NCBI GenBank assembly: GCA_003597955.1
Contig: QZJU01000021.1
Span: 44,880-108,879, forward strand
Source of the DNA: Candidatus Parcubacteria bacterium
Lineage (GTDB): Bacteria > Patescibacteriota > Patescibacteriia > PEXW01
Direction: 5' to 3'
DNA: 64,000 bases
The first letter of the stretch is position 1. Each line of letters begins with the position of its first letter. The position numbers and the translations under genes were made by a program. Positions 18,955 to 28,620 of this stretch are shown piece by piece. The notes below the pieces were generated by a model. That model had not been told where the DNA came from and made no database searches. It was given only the letters and a program-made list of their open reading frames with translations.

Positions 18955-21261
18955 ATGGCACAACGACTCAAGAAAAGCGAAAAAACCGGTACCCCGCAAA
19001 AATCAATCGAGCTCCCAAATGGCCGCAGTCGTTTAAATAAGACCGAAGGCCAAACGACAAAAAAATTAAAACCCGAAACCCGTCAAGGTGTTGTGATTAC
19101 GGTTTTAATCGCTCTGGCCTTTTTGAGCGTTTTAAGTTTATTCGGTTGGGCCGGTGGTTTTGGTCGCGGGTTGGATAAAGCTTTAGGCTGGCTTTTTGGC
19201 TGGGCGCGCTTCGTCTTCCCAGTAGTACTTTTGGTTTGGTCGAATTTTTTGTACAAACCTCAAAAATTTTCTTTGCGTAGCGCCAATTATTTTGGTTTGT
19301 TGATTGGCTGGCTCGGACTTTCCGGCCTACTAGAACTGTTTGTGCCTGTCAGCCTGATGACAGAAAAACTTGGCGACGGCACCGGGGGCGGAGTCTTTGG
19401 GTTAATTTCGGCCTGGCCATTAATGCGGGCCATGGGTTATGTGGCCAGCATTGTGGTTTTGTTGGCGATGTTCATAATTGGTTTGTTGATAATGTTTGAT
19501 ACTTCTTTAAACACCTTGGCAGATCAGGGCAATATCTTTAAGCGTTTGAAATTCCGGTGGTTGGCAATGACCGATAAACTTCGCGCGAACAAGCACATTG
19601 AGGAAATCGAACCGCCGCCGGCAGAGCCGGATTTAGAAGCGGAAGACGAACTGGAATTTGACACAAAAGAGTTGGCTGAAACCGAAATAGCCCAGTCCGA
19701 ACAGCAACGCCTGCCAAAAAAGCCAGAATATCTAAAGCCAAAAGTCCGTCGGAAGATCGCTTACTCATTAGACTTACTAGATTTCGCCACCAGCAAACCG
19801 ACCAGTGGTGATATTGCCGCCAACCAGGAACGAATCCAAAAAACTTTGGCGAACTTCGGTTTGGAGGTGGAAATGGGCGAAGTGAATGTCGGACCGACCG
19901 TCACGCAATTTACGCTTAAACCGGCGGATGGCGTGAAGCTTAATTCTATAACCGCTTTAAGTAATGATCTGGCATTAGCGTTGGCAGCCCACCCCATTCG
20001 GATTGAAGCCCCGATTCCAGGAAAGTCCTTGGTGGGGATTGAGGTGCCAAATCAAGCCGCGGCCCTAGTCAGACTGGTCGATATTTTAAAGTCCAAGAAT
20101 TTTGAAGAGCGAAAGTCGGTGCTGACCGTGGCGGTCGGGAAGAGCGTTACGGGAGAAGCCTGGGTCGCGGATGTGGATCGTATGCCGCATTTGCTGATCG
20201 CCGGCGCCACGGGTTCAGGCAAATCCGTCTGCATAAACGCGATTTTGCTTTCTTTGCTTTTTGAAAACGGTCCGGACGATCTGAAACTTATTCTCGTTGA
20301 CCCAAAGCGGGTCGAATTAACCATATATAACGGCATTCCACACTTACTTACGCCAGTTATTACCGAGGTTCCAAAAATCATCAATGCCTTGCGCTGGGTG
20401 GTAAATGAAATGGATCGACGTTTTCAGGTTTTGTCCCAGGCCGGCAAGCGGAACATTCAAGCCTACAACCAAAATAGCCCCGACCCCTTGCCGTTCCTAG
20501 TTGTGGTTATTGATGAATTGGCCGACCTGATGGCTGTGGCGGCTCGGGAAGTGGAGGCGGCGATAATTCGTTTGGCGCAGATGGCGCGAGCCGTCGGTAT
20601 TCATTTGATTGTCGCCACCCAAAGACCTTCCGTGGATGTCATCACTGGCCTAATTAAGGCCAACATTACCCATCGCATGGCTTTTACCGTCGCTTCAGCA
20701 ATTGATTCGCGAACCATTTTAGATTCGCCCGGCGCGGAAAAATTGTTGGGTCGTGGCGATATGCTTTACAGTTCGCCGGAACTCTCCAAACCCAAGCGCC
20801 TGCAGGGCTGTTTTGTTTCGGATAAAGAAATTGAAAAAGTTGTGACAATGCTTAAAGAGCAAGCCCAGCCGGAATATCTTGAGGAGATCGTGGAAAAGCC
20901 CCAAGGTTTGGTCGGTTTGAACAACGGTGTGATGGCCGGCGAATTTTTAGGCGACGAAAGTGATGATGAGCTTCTGGTTGAAGCAAAAAATGTAATTTTA
21001 CGGGCTCAAAAAGCTTCAGCCTCGCTTTTGCAAAGACGCTTACGAATCGGCTATGCGCGCGCCGCCCGTTTGCTGGATCTTTTGGAAGAACAGGGCGTGA
21101 TCGGCCCGGGTGAAGGTGCCAAACCCAGAGAAATATTAATAAGTTCCGATCCTGATGCTGACATTCCTGTGCCTGCTAAAGCCGATGGGCCTGAAGGCGG
21201 AGCCGATGCGGAAGCAGAGAATTTAGCAGAAGACACTTCGAAAATTCAAGAACGACTTTAA
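18955..21261 (+). CDS. ftsK: DNA translocase FtsK/SpoIIIE.
   Basis: N-terminal TM helices, Walker A GATGSGKS, and a C-terminal gamma domain (LLQRRLRIGYARAARLLDLLEEQG). Confidence 0.9.
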   Translation: MAQRLKKSEKTGTPQKSIELPNGRSRLNKTEGQTTKKLKPETRQGVVITVLIALAFLSVLSLFGWAGGFGRGLDKALGWLFGWARFVFPVVLLVWSNFLYKPQKFSLRSANYFGLLIGWLGLSGLLELFVPVSLMTEKLGDGTGGGVFGLISAWPLMRAMGYVASIVVLLAMFIIGLLIMFDTSLNTLADQGNIFKRLKFRWLAMTDKLRANKHIEEIEPPPAEPDLEAEDELEFDTKELAETEIAQSEQQRLPKKPEYLKPKVRRKIAYSLDLLDFATSKPTSGDIAANQERIQKTLANFGLEVEMGEVNVGPTVTQFTLKPADGVKLNSITALSNDLALALAAHPIRIEAPIPGKSLVGIEVPNQAAALVRLVDILKSKNFEERKSVLTVAVGKSVTGEAWVADVDRMPHLLIAGATGSGKSVCINAILLSLLFENGPDDLKLILVDPKRVELTIYNGIPHLLTPVITEVPKIINALRWVVNEMDRRFQVLSQAGKRNIQAYNQNSPDPLPFLVVVIDELADLMAVAAREVEAAIIRLAQMARAVGIHLIVATQRPSVDVITGLIKANITHRMAFTVASAIDSRTILDSPGAEKLLGRGDMLYSSPELSKPKRLQGCFVSDKEIEKVVTMLKEQAQPEYLEEIVEKPQGLVGLNNGVMAGEFLGDESDDELLVEAKNVILRAQKASASLLQRRLRIGYARAARLLDLLEEQGVIGPGEGAKPREILISSDPDADIPVPAKADGPEGGADAEAENLAEDTSKIQERL

Positions 21262-21266
21262 TTAAA

Positions 21267-21962
21267 ATGCTAACCCCAGGTTTTGAGAAAGAACTAAGCG
21301 GAAGTTTCGCCAGGAGAACGTTGCCTCAAAATACTCTTGGCGAAGCTCTAAGAATCGTTAGGGAAGAGGCGGGTTTGAGTTTGGCTGAACTAGCCATTAG
21401 ATCGAAGGTTCAGGAAAAATATATCGCCGCCATTGAGGCCGGCCGTTATGACCAAACTCCCGGTTCGGTTTATGTAAAAGGTTTTTTAAAGGAAATCGCC
21501 AAGGTTTTGGAACTTTCACCCAATTCGGTAATCGCCCGTTTTGAAACCGAACCCTATGTTGTGCCCGCCCGCCAACCCAAACCCCTGGACCAGCCAAAAT
21601 TTTTCTTCGGCCATTACACCTGGCGCCTGTTGGTTTTTTTGGGCTTCCTGCTCATATTTCTTATTTACTTCGGCATACAAATCCAAAAAATCATTTTGCC
21701 TCCGGAACTTAGCGTTAGCTACCCAGCCACAGATATAATCATGAATTCACCGCAGATCACTTTGACCGGCAAGACCGAACCCGAAGTTTTAGTGGAGATT
21801 AATGATCAGGCGGTCACCGTCGACGCTGTCGGGAATTTCCAAGAAACCATTGATTTGCAGCCAGGGGTAAACACCCTGGTCATTAGTGCCAAGAAGAAAC
21901 GCAGCCGTTCAACCGTCATTACTCGTCGAGTTTTGGTAGAATTGAACGAAGTGCTAAAATAG
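21267..21962 (+). CDS. RodZ-like HTH membrane protein.
   Basis: N-terminal XRE-type HTH (LGEALRIVREEAGLSLAELA), then a TM segment and a C-terminal beta-rich domain. Confidence 0.5.
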   Translation: MLTPGFEKELSGSFARRTLPQNTLGEALRIVREEAGLSLAELAIRSKVQEKYIAAIEAGRYDQTPGSVYVKGFLKEIAKVLELSPNSVIARFETEPYVVPARQPKPLDQPKFFFGHYTWRLLVFLGFLLIFLIYFGIQIQKIILPPELSVSYPATDIIMNSPQITLTGKTEPEVLVEINDQAVTVDAVGNFQETIDLQPGVNTLVISAKKKRSRSTVITRRVLVELNEVLK

Positions 21963-22052
21963 AATGACCCGGGAAAATCCTTTGAAATCCTTGAGGTTTT
22001 TAAAAGGCGAAAATCCAGGCAAGACAAGAGGCTAAGCTAACTAATTTTTTAT

Positions 22053-23102
22053 ATGCCCAAGCAAAAAAATCCTGAACCCAAAGTGCAGTTTAAATCTGAA
22101 GACGCCAAGCACAAAGCCGCCTTGCAGGCGATAGCCAATATCCAAGACCGTTTTGGCGAAGGCGCGATCATGACCTTAAATAAGCAGACGGTGCAAAAAG
22201 TTGAAGCCGTGCCCACGGGTTGCCTGTCTTTAGATTTGGCCTTAGGCGTGGGTGGCGTGCCGCGCGGCCGGGTCGTGGAGATATTCGGGCCCGAAGCCGG
22301 AGGTAAAACCACCCTGGCTTTGCATGTCGTCGCCCAGATCCAAAAGTCAGGTGGGATCGCCGCGTTCGTCGATGCCGAACACGCTTTAGATCCAGACTAC
22401 GCTCGGAAAATCGGCGTGAATGTCGACGAGCTTTTAATTTCCCAGCCGGATAACGGCGAACAAGCCTTGGAAATCGTGGAAACCCTGGTGCGGTCAAACG
22501 GCGTGGACATCATCGTGGTTGACTCGGTGGCGGCCTTAACGCCCAGGGCGGAAATTGAAGGCGAGATGGGAGATTCGCACATGGGTTTGCAAGCCCGTTT
22601 GATGAGCCAGGCTCTGCGGAAACTAACCGCCATCGTTTCCAAGACCAAAACCGTGGTGATTTTTATAAATCAGACGCGGATGAAAATTGGCATTATGTTC
22701 GGCAATCCTGAAACCACCACTGGCGGTATGGCATTGAAATTTTACGCTTCGGTGCGGATTGACATTCGACGACTGGCCCAGCTGAAAAGCGGCGAAGCCA
22801 TTGTTGGCAATCGAGTCAAGGCTAAAGTGGTCAAAAATAAAGTCGCCCCGCCATTCCGTTCGGCGGAATTCGATATTATGTATGGCGAAGGTATTTCCGC
22901 CACAGCCGACTTGATCGATCTGGGTTTGGCCAATGGGGTTTTGGAAAAAACCGGCAATACGATAAGTTTTGGCGAAATTAAATTGGGCGTGGGCCGCGAA
23001 CAGGCCAAAGCCTATTTAAAATCGAATCCTAAAACCGCCAAGGAACTGCGGGATAGCATTATTAAGGCGGTGAAGGAGAAGGAGGCAGAAGAAAAGAAAT
23101 AG
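22053..23102 (+). CDS. recA: Recombinase RecA.
   Basis: Canonical RecA core ([12 protein letters not shown], loops L1 and L2). Confidence 0.97.
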   Translation: MPKQKNPEPKVQFKSEDAKHKAALQAIANIQDRFGEGAIMTLNKQTVQKVEAVPTGCLSLDLALGVGGVPRGRVVEIFGPEAGGKTTLALHVVAQIQKSGGIAAFVDAEHALDPDYARKIGVNVDELLISQPDNGEQALEIVETLVRSNGVDIIVVDSVAALTPRAEIEGEMGDSHMGLQARLMSQALRKLTAIVSKTKTVVIFINQTRMKIGIMFGNPETTTGGMALKFYASVRIDIRRLAQLKSGEAIVGNRVKAKVVKNKVAPPFRSAEFDIMYGEGISATADLIDLGLANGVLEKTGNTISFGEIKLGVGREQAKAYLKSNPKTAKELRDSIIKAVKEKEAEEKK

Positions 23103-23242
23103 AATGACGAACCGAAAACAAGATACAAAGAACCAGAGAGCCCTGTCGATGCGGGGCTCTCTTGGTGTTGACCGCCTCGGTTAGTCGGATAGGTTCAGTG
23201 AGTCGGTGCGCACTTTAAACCCCAGATATTCCGCTTTAATTA

Positions 23243-23290
23243 AAAAAACCCGCTCAACTCGATTCGTAATTTTTTGAGAGGAGCGGGTGC
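23243..23290 (-). terminator. Intrinsic terminator of the radical SAM gene. It may also act on recA transcripts.
   Basis: On the - strand, stem CCCGCTC / GAGCGGG is followed by TTTTTTT. Confidence 0.55.
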
Positions 23291-23294
23291 GTAG

Positions 23295-24425
23295 TCAAGG
23301 GTTAGCCATCTTTCCTACCATTCGCGTAACATATTCATGGAATGGCTGGAAGAGTGTGTGGGTCCGGGCCGAACCGCAATCTTGGAGGCCGTTTGGGTAT
23401 ATATCTTTCGTGGCCATGTAGTCGGCGAGCTTCTTATCCAAAGTCCCGTCGCTCACCAGCCCGCGCCGGATTTCCCATAATTTTGCGACGATCGCCGGCA
23501 ATCCCTCCTTTCGAACATTGCCGATTATTGGAAGCTTTTCGGGGAAGCTCTCGCCATCCGGTTCGGTAAAGTCGCAACTTCCGCCATATGCGGTAACCCA
23601 CACATCCCCGCTGTGGCCGATGTGCAGACCGCACACCCCGACACAGTAAGGAGCGGGCTGGGCATGCCAGTAGTTGATTCCCGTTTGTTGTGAGCACCAC
23701 TCAATGAAGTCAATGATCTTTTGAGAATCTTTGATTCTGAATCGGTCCCACATGTCACTGACTGCTCGGCCACCTTTTTCCAGGCGGGCCGCACAGAAGA
23801 AGAGGCCGTTTCTCCAGGAGAATTGCGCCACTTCTTTGACCACCTCAATGTCGGCAGTGTTCAGGGACGTCAGGGTGCACACAAGTCCTAAACGAGTATA
23901 TAACTTTTCGTTTTTTCTGAACGGTTTGTTATAGCCAACATTAAGGAGATTTCTGATTCCGCCGTACACCGCTTCTGCCCCCCGGCCGCCGAGCATCTTA
24001 TTGAAAATATCAGGACGCAAGCTATCGCAATGAACTCCCAGACAAACGCCTATGGAGTACAGTTCACTAGCGATGTCAGGGGTGATGTCCGCGGCGGTCG
24101 TATAGATGAATGTCTCCATTCCCAATTTCGACGCTTCACGAATCATCGGAAGCGTCGTGGAATCAATGAACGGTTCGCCTTCGTGGCAAATCTGAAGAGT
24201 TTTTGCGCCCATGTCCGCGGCTTGCCGGAGAATTTCCAGCTTCTCGTCCAACGTCAAAGTTGCCGGGTCAACGAATTTTTCCACTGACACTGATCCGTAA
24301 ATGCAATGCGGACAGCGGAACATGCACGCAGGCGCGCACGCGATCGAGATTGAAGGCAACAGAGAATCCGTAGCTTTCAAAAATTCGTTTACGCCGCGGT
24401 CATATAACCATACGAATTCTCGCAT
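23295..24425 (-). CDS. Radical SAM domain protein of unknown function.
   Basis: CxxxCxxC motif (CMFRCPHC) near the N-terminus and extra C-terminal cysteines (CVGVCG...SC). AAGGAG ribosome-binding site. Confidence 0.7.
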   Translation of the reverse strand: MREFVWLYDRGVNEFLKATDSLLPSISIACAPACMFRCPHCIYGSVSVEKFVDPATLTLDEKLEILRQAADMGAKTLQICHEGEPFIDSTTLPMIREASKLGMETFIYTTAADITPDIASELYSIGVCLGVHCDSLRPDIFNKMLGGRGAEAVYGGIRNLLNVGYNKPFRKNEKLYTRLGLVCTLTSLNTADIEVVKEVAQFSWRNGLFFCAARLEKGGRAVSDMWDRFRIKDSQKIIDFIEWCSQQTGINYWHAQPAPYCVGVCGLHIGHSGDVWVTAYGGSCDFTEPDGESFPEKLPIIGNVRKEGLPAIVAKLWEIRRGLVSDGTLDKKLADYMATKDIYPNGLQDCGSARTHTLFQPFHEYVTRMVGKMANP

Positions 24426-24476
24426 GACTTTCTCCTTCTTTTTAAAGTACTTTTATTTTCAGAATTCAGTAGTTCG

Positions 24477-24505
24477 ATGGTAATGCGCTGTATATACTTT
24501 GTCAA
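24477..24505 (-). promoter_or_regulatory. Candidate sigma-70-type promoter for the radical SAM gene.
   Basis: On the - strand: TTGACA, 17-nt spacer, TACCAT, placed about 45 nt upstream of the ATG. Confidence 0.4.
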
Positions 24506-24661
24506 GGGAGCAGCTCGCTCACAGTTTTCTCAATCAAAACGCCATAAGTCATTGCGGAAAGGTATGTGAATAATAGATGGTGTTTGTCAGATCCAGTGCC
24601 ATGTCTGCCTCAGCGAGATTCGAGCGGTCAGGTTGGCACTCGGCACATACCTCGCGCAGGG

Positions 24662-24713
24662 TTGACAATATTTTTTATTCGAGTTAGGGTTAGTTATTCC
24701 CAATAACGGGAAT
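24662..24713 (+). promoter_or_regulatory. Candidate promoter plus palindromic operator for the 24756 gene.
   Basis: TTGACA (24662-24667), 17-nt spacer, TAGGGT, followed by the perfect palindrome ATTCCC-AATAAC-GGGAAT (24696-24713). Confidence 0.35.
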
Positions 24714-24755
24714 GTTCACTACGGTCGGCAGACCTAAAATGCGAAGGAGGATTGC

Positions 24756-25271
24756 GTGAGTAATCTAGAGAACGCTCTTAACAGATTGCAGAGAGTTGGT
24801 GACCAGTATTCTGGGACCAACCAAAAGCTCATTCAGGCGGTGATGGAAGTGGCCCAAGCAATTTTAACGGCACTACCCCCAATTCCTACCGGGTATAACG
24901 GCATGGAATTACCGCGAGGATACAGTCTGGTCAGGCTGGATCCCAATATCGGCAATGGCTTGGGAAAAGGCTTGGGATGTCAGGTGAAGCGGTCTAGGTT
25001 CGTCATGTACGCGGTTGATGCAGAATGGCAAAAAGCCGTTGAGCTAAGATGGAGCAGGCTTGAGGACATCTGCGCTCCTAAGGAAGTAATAAATACCGAA
25101 AAGAGCCGCTTCTTGCCAAACCTGGATCTTAAGCTTGCGCGTAAGTTCGCGGACGATGTTGCGGCTGGCCTGGTTGATGAAATCCACAGTTGCCTGGATA
25201 AGCACAATCGGAAAAACGAAGCCCAAATCCAATTGCTCGAGAAAGCCAAAGAGAATATCAGCAGAAAATAG
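24756..25271 (+). CDS. Hypothetical protein (GTG start), divergent from the radical SAM gene.
   Basis: An AGGAGG ribosome-binding site lies 6 nt upstream. No recognisable motifs were seen. Confidence 0.5.
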   Translation: MSNLENALNRLQRVGDQYSGTNQKLIQAVMEVAQAILTALPPIPTGYNGMELPRGYSLVRLDPNIGNGLGKGLGCQVKRSRFVMYAVDAEWQKAVELRWSRLEDICAPKEVINTEKSRFLPNLDLKLARKFADDVAAGLVDEIHSCLDKHNRKNEAQIQLLEKAKENISRK

Positions 25272-25282
25272 CACCTCACCCG

Positions 25283-25312
25283 CCGCACACCGTCCAAGTG
25301 TGCGGCATTTTT
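25283..25312 (+). terminator. Intrinsic terminator.
   Basis: CCGCACAC-cgtccaa-GTGTGCGG stem followed by TTTTT. Confidence 0.6.
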
Positions 25313-25874
25313 AATTGGCCGCTCGCGTGCTGTACTCGCCGGTTTCGGTGTTAATGATGATTTTTTCCCCCGGCTTAATAAACAGCGGCACCTTTAATTC
25401 CAAGCCGTTTTCGAGTTTGGCAACTTTGGAGGCATTGGTGGCAGTATCGCCCTTCACCGCTTCAGGCGCTTCCACGACCTTGTATTCGATTTTTTTTGGC
25501 AATTGTATGGAAACCGGCCGGTTCTCAAAATTCAGCACATCAACTTCCAGCCCCTCTTTTAAATACCTGACCTGGTCGCCAAGCTGTTCAGCCAAAAGAA
25601 AGAATTGGTCGTATGAAGTTTGGTCCATGAAATAGTGTTCGTTGCCCTGAGCGTACAAATAGCTGGCGCGGTTGCGGGCCAGATCCGCTTCGGGAATTTT
25701 GTCGCCGGGTTTGAAAGTTAATTCCAAAATCCGGCCGGAAATCAGATTGCGCAGCTTGGTGCGCATAACTGGTTTGCGCATGGCCGTGCGCATGAAATCC
25801 GACCACACGACAATGTAGGGCTCATTTTCGTGAGTGATGGCCACGCCAATTCGAAGGTCATTCATAGTCAGCAT
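25311..25874 (-). CDS. efp: Elongation factor P.
   Basis: KPGKGxAF-like core and EF-P three-domain length. The tandem TACGAAT repeats directly abut the start codon. Confidence 0.88.
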   Translation of the reverse strand: MLTMNDLRIGVAITHENEPYIVVWSDFMRTAMRKPVMRTKLRNLISGRILELTFKPGDKIPEADLARNRASYLYAQGNEHYFMDQTSYDQFFLLAEQLGDQVRYLKEGLEVDVLNFENRPVSIQLPKKIEYKVVEAPEAVKGDTATNASKVAKLENGLELKVPLFIKPGEKIIINTETGEYSTRAAN

Positions 25875-26070
25875 ACGAAATACGAATTAGGATACGAATA
25901 TACGAATTACGAATAATGTACGCCACCGCCCCGCGGCCGCGGGGCGGGGTCCCGCCTTCTTACAAAAGTATATTAAAGTGGCGGGAAATATACGAAATAC
26001 GAATTGGGTTGCTGCGAGGGAATGTCAAAAATAGTATTCCTACATTCGGACCGATTCGTAATTTCGTAGT
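25875..26070. promoter_or_regulatory. Composite intergenic region: TACGAAT tandem repeats, a GC-rich palindrome, and an inverted TACGAAT pair.
   Basis: Five TACGAA(T) units at 25875-25915. Perfect palindrome CCGCCCCGCGG/CCGCGGGGCGG at 25927-25948. Two units at 25989-26003. Inverted ATTCGTAATTTCGTA at 26055-26069. Confidence 0.5.
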
Positions 26071-26071
26071 C

Positions 26072-26314
26072 TTATTTAGGCGTGTAAGGCTCGAGCGCCA
26101 TGAAACGCGCCCGCTTAACGGCCTCTGCCGTCAGGCGTTGATGCCGCATGCACAAACCCGTCCGCCGGCGAGGCAGGATTTTGAAATAGGAAGAAATGTA
26201 TTTTTGGTACACGCGCGTGTCTTTGTAATCCAAAGCCTTGACGCCCAGAACGCAAAAATTGCAGTGCGTGGGCGGAGCTTGGATTTGAGTCTTTTGCTTG
26301 TTTTTATTCAGCAT
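26072..26314 (-). CDS. rpsR: 30S ribosomal protein S18.
   Basis: DYKDTRVYQKYIS...ILPRRRTGLCMRHQRLTAEAVKRARFMALEPY matches the S18 signature. Confidence 0.85.
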   Translation of the reverse strand: MLNKNKQKTQIQAPPTHCNFCVLGVKALDYKDTRVYQKYISSYFKILPRRRTGLCMRHQRLTAEAVKRARFMALEPYTPK

Positions 26315-26331
26315 AAGCTAGCGGATGTTTT

Positions 26332-26757
26332 TTAAAAAGGAATATCCTCGACATTAATTTCGGGTTCTGCGGCGGCCGGCGCTTCTTGCGGCGCGGGCGC
26401 CTCTTCGCTGACTTTGTCAGCCGCGGGCTTTCGGTCCAACATAATGATGTTTTCCGCCACGATTTCGGTTCGATATTTTTTTTGGCCCGAGGGGTCATCC
26501 CAAGAACGGGTCTGCAGCCGGCCTTCCACAAAGATTTTTGCGCCCTTCTTTACATACTGGCTGACAATTTCTGCCAGTTTTCGCCAGGCCACGACGCTGT
26601 GAAATTCAACTTGTTCTTTTTTAGCGCCGCTGGGATCGGTCCAGGCACGATTGGTCGCCACGCTAAAGAGGGCCACGGTTTGGCCGCCGCTTGTGGTTCG
26701 GGAATCCGGATCGCGGGTCACATTGCCAATTATCATTGCTTTATTTAAGTTCATCAT
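26332..26757 (-). CDS. ssb: Single-stranded DNA-binding protein.
   Basis: OB-fold core and an acidic C-terminal tail ending in DIPF. Confidence 0.9.
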   Translation of the reverse strand: MMNLNKAMIIGNVTRDPDSRTTSGGQTVALFSVATNRAWTDPSGAKKEQVEFHSVVAWRKLAEIVSQYVKKGAKIFVEGRLQTRSWDDPSGQKKYRTEIVAENIIMLDRKPAADKVSEEAPAPQEAPAAAEPEINVEDIPF

Positions 26758-26789
26758 AAAAATTTACGTTTAAGAAATATTAAAAATTT

Positions 26790-27269
26790 TTATTTGGCGA
26801 TGTCTTCTTCCAAAATTTCCTCGATTTTCTTATCAATATCTTCCAACGACAACGGCTTTTCCGGCTTGGGGGCAACCGCGGAAGTTTTTTCAAATTTTTC
26901 TTGGGCTTCGGTGCGGGCTTGGCGGGCCTGAATTTTCTCTTGAATCCGCGCTTCCTCTTCCAATTCCTTGGCGGATTTAGCCCGGATTTTAACGCTTAAA
27001 AATCTGACGATCTCGTCTTTTAGGCGCCAATCTCGCTCCAATTTAAGCAGGGCCGCCGGCGGCAAATTGAAATTTAGATTTACATAAATTCCAAATTTCT
27101 GTTTTTTGACCGGATAGGCCAATTTGCGCTTACCCAAAACTTCCGTCTTCACAATTTCTCCGCCCGATGCGGTTATTGAGTTTTTTATTGATTCCAGAAT
27201 TTTTTCGGTTCCGGCGCCTTCGGTTTGGCTGTTTAGAATCGCTAAAAAGTCGTAAAGTTGGACTGACAT
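26790..27269 (-). CDS. rpsF: 30S ribosomal protein S6.
   Basis: S6 N-domain followed by a charged C-terminal tail. It is the first gene of the rpsF-ssb-rpsR operon. Confidence 0.8.
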   Translation of the reverse strand: MSVQLYDFLAILNSQTEGAGTEKILESIKNSITASGGEIVKTEVLGKRKLAYPVKKQKFGIYVNLNFNLPPAALLKLERDWRLKDEIVRFLSVKIRAKSAKELEEEARIQEKIQARQARTEAQEKFEKTSAVAPKPEKPLSLEDIDKKIEEILEEDIAK

Positions 27270-27378
27270 TAGTGAAATTTTAACAAAAAATGTAGATGGA
27301 GCGTATCATGTCCTAATGCTAGCGTCAAGCCTAATTTAGGGGCCAGATGAGCCTTTTTAATCGTGGTAAACTTAAAAC

Positions 27379-28620
27379 ATGGAAGTTGGTCAGCTTATCG
27401 CGATTTTTGGCCGGGAGCCTAGCCTCTCATTGTGGGAATTAAGTCGCAATTTGGGATGTGCCGATTTTGAAGTCGCTACCCGGGATTTGGCAGTTTTTGA
27501 CTCGCCACAAAATTTAGAAGTTGCTGAATTGCAAAGTCGAAGTGGGGGTTTGGTGAAAGTCGGTCGAATCATGGGTGTGGTTGATGCTTTGTCCGGTTTG
27601 GCGGCGATTTTGGAGAAAAATTGGCCGGATTTAATTCCGGCCGGGAGCACGGCGCGGGTTAATTTTGGCGTTAGCGCTTATGATGCGGGTCAAACTCCAG
27701 ATCGTCATTTTCGAACGGCGCTTAAACGGCAGGCTCAGAGATTCAAAAAGTATTTGACCGCCAATCACCGATCAGCACGACTGGTTGAATCCAAAGAGTC
27801 GACTTTGCCGGCCAGCGCCTTGGTTCAAGGCAAAATTTTGCAACAGGGCTTTGAGATCCTGGTTTTAGTCAGTCCCCAAAAGCTTTATTGGGGCGTCACT
27901 TTGACTGTTCAGGACATCTCTAGGTACGGCCGACGGGATTTTGGTCGGCCAGCCCGAGATTCGCATTCAGGCATGCTGCCGCCTAAAGTGGCGCAGATCC
28001 TAATTAACCTAACTCAACCAAAATCGGAGGAAGTTTTTCTGGATCCTTTTTGCGGGTCAGGCACGATTTTACAAGAAGCGGCGTTGATGGGCTTGAAGAA
28101 AATTTTGGGTTCGGACCTTAGCCAAAAAGCCGTAAGTGATTCGCTTAGGAATCTGGATTGGCTAAAACAGAAATACGAACCCGTGGACTTGGCGGATTTA
28201 CAGATTTTTGAAAGTGACATTAAGGAGCTGCCGGCCAAATTAAAATCCGAAAGCATTGATCTAATAGCCACTGAACCGTATTTGGGACCGCCGCAAAAAG
28301 GCCGGGCGATTGTTGGCAACATCTTGCCGTTAGTTTCAGCCTTAAGCCGGCAGTACATTCCTTGGCTGGAAATTTTAGGCAAACTCTTAAAACCCGCCGG
28401 CCGGATGGCTATGGTTTGGCCGTTTTTTAAGGTTGAAAACCACGGCTATTTTTTGCAGCTGCAGCAAGCTCTGCCACAGACCAAATTAAAGATTATCCCG
28501 CCCTCAAAGCATTTCCTGACTTTGCCGTGGTTTCGCTCAACGCCACGCGGCACGGTTCTTTACAGCCGGCCCGATCAAGTAGTGGGCCGGGAAATCGTTT
28601 TACTTGGAAAAAATGTTTAA
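27379..28620 (+). CDS. Class I SAM-dependent methyltransferase, probably an RNA (m2G-type) methyltransferase.
   Basis: Motif I LDPFCGSGTILQEAA and motif IV-like TEPYLGPP. Confidence 0.55.
   Translation: MEVGQLIAIFGREPSLSLWELSRNLGCADFEVATRDLAVFDSPQNLEVAELQSRSGGLVKVGRIMGVVDALSGLAAILEKNWPDLIPAGSTARVNFGVSAYDAGQTPDRHFRTALKRQAQRFKKYLTANHRSARLVESKESTLPASALVQGKILQQGFEILVLVSPQKLYWGVTLTVQDISRYGRRDFGRPARDSHSGMLPPKVAQILINLTQPKSEEVFLDPFCGSGTILQEAALMGLKKILGSDLSQKAVSDSLRNLDWLKQKYEPVDLADLQIFESDIKELPAKLKSESIDLIATEPYLGPPQKGRAIVGNILPLVSALSRQYIPWLEILGKLLKPAGRMAMVWPFFKVENHGYFLQLQQALPQTKLKIIPPSKHFLTLPWFRSTPRGTVLYSRPDQVVGREIVLLGKNV

Noticed and set aside
24411-24420. A TACGAAT copy at the radical SAM gene start
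   Set aside because: It is a single copy lying inside the coding sequence (it encodes E-F-V). It is consistent with chance and is not counted with the intergenic clusters.
25916-26335. The 139-aa + strand ORF listed in the ORF track
   Set aside because: It is antisense to the clearly conserved rpsR gene on the - strand, so it is spurious.
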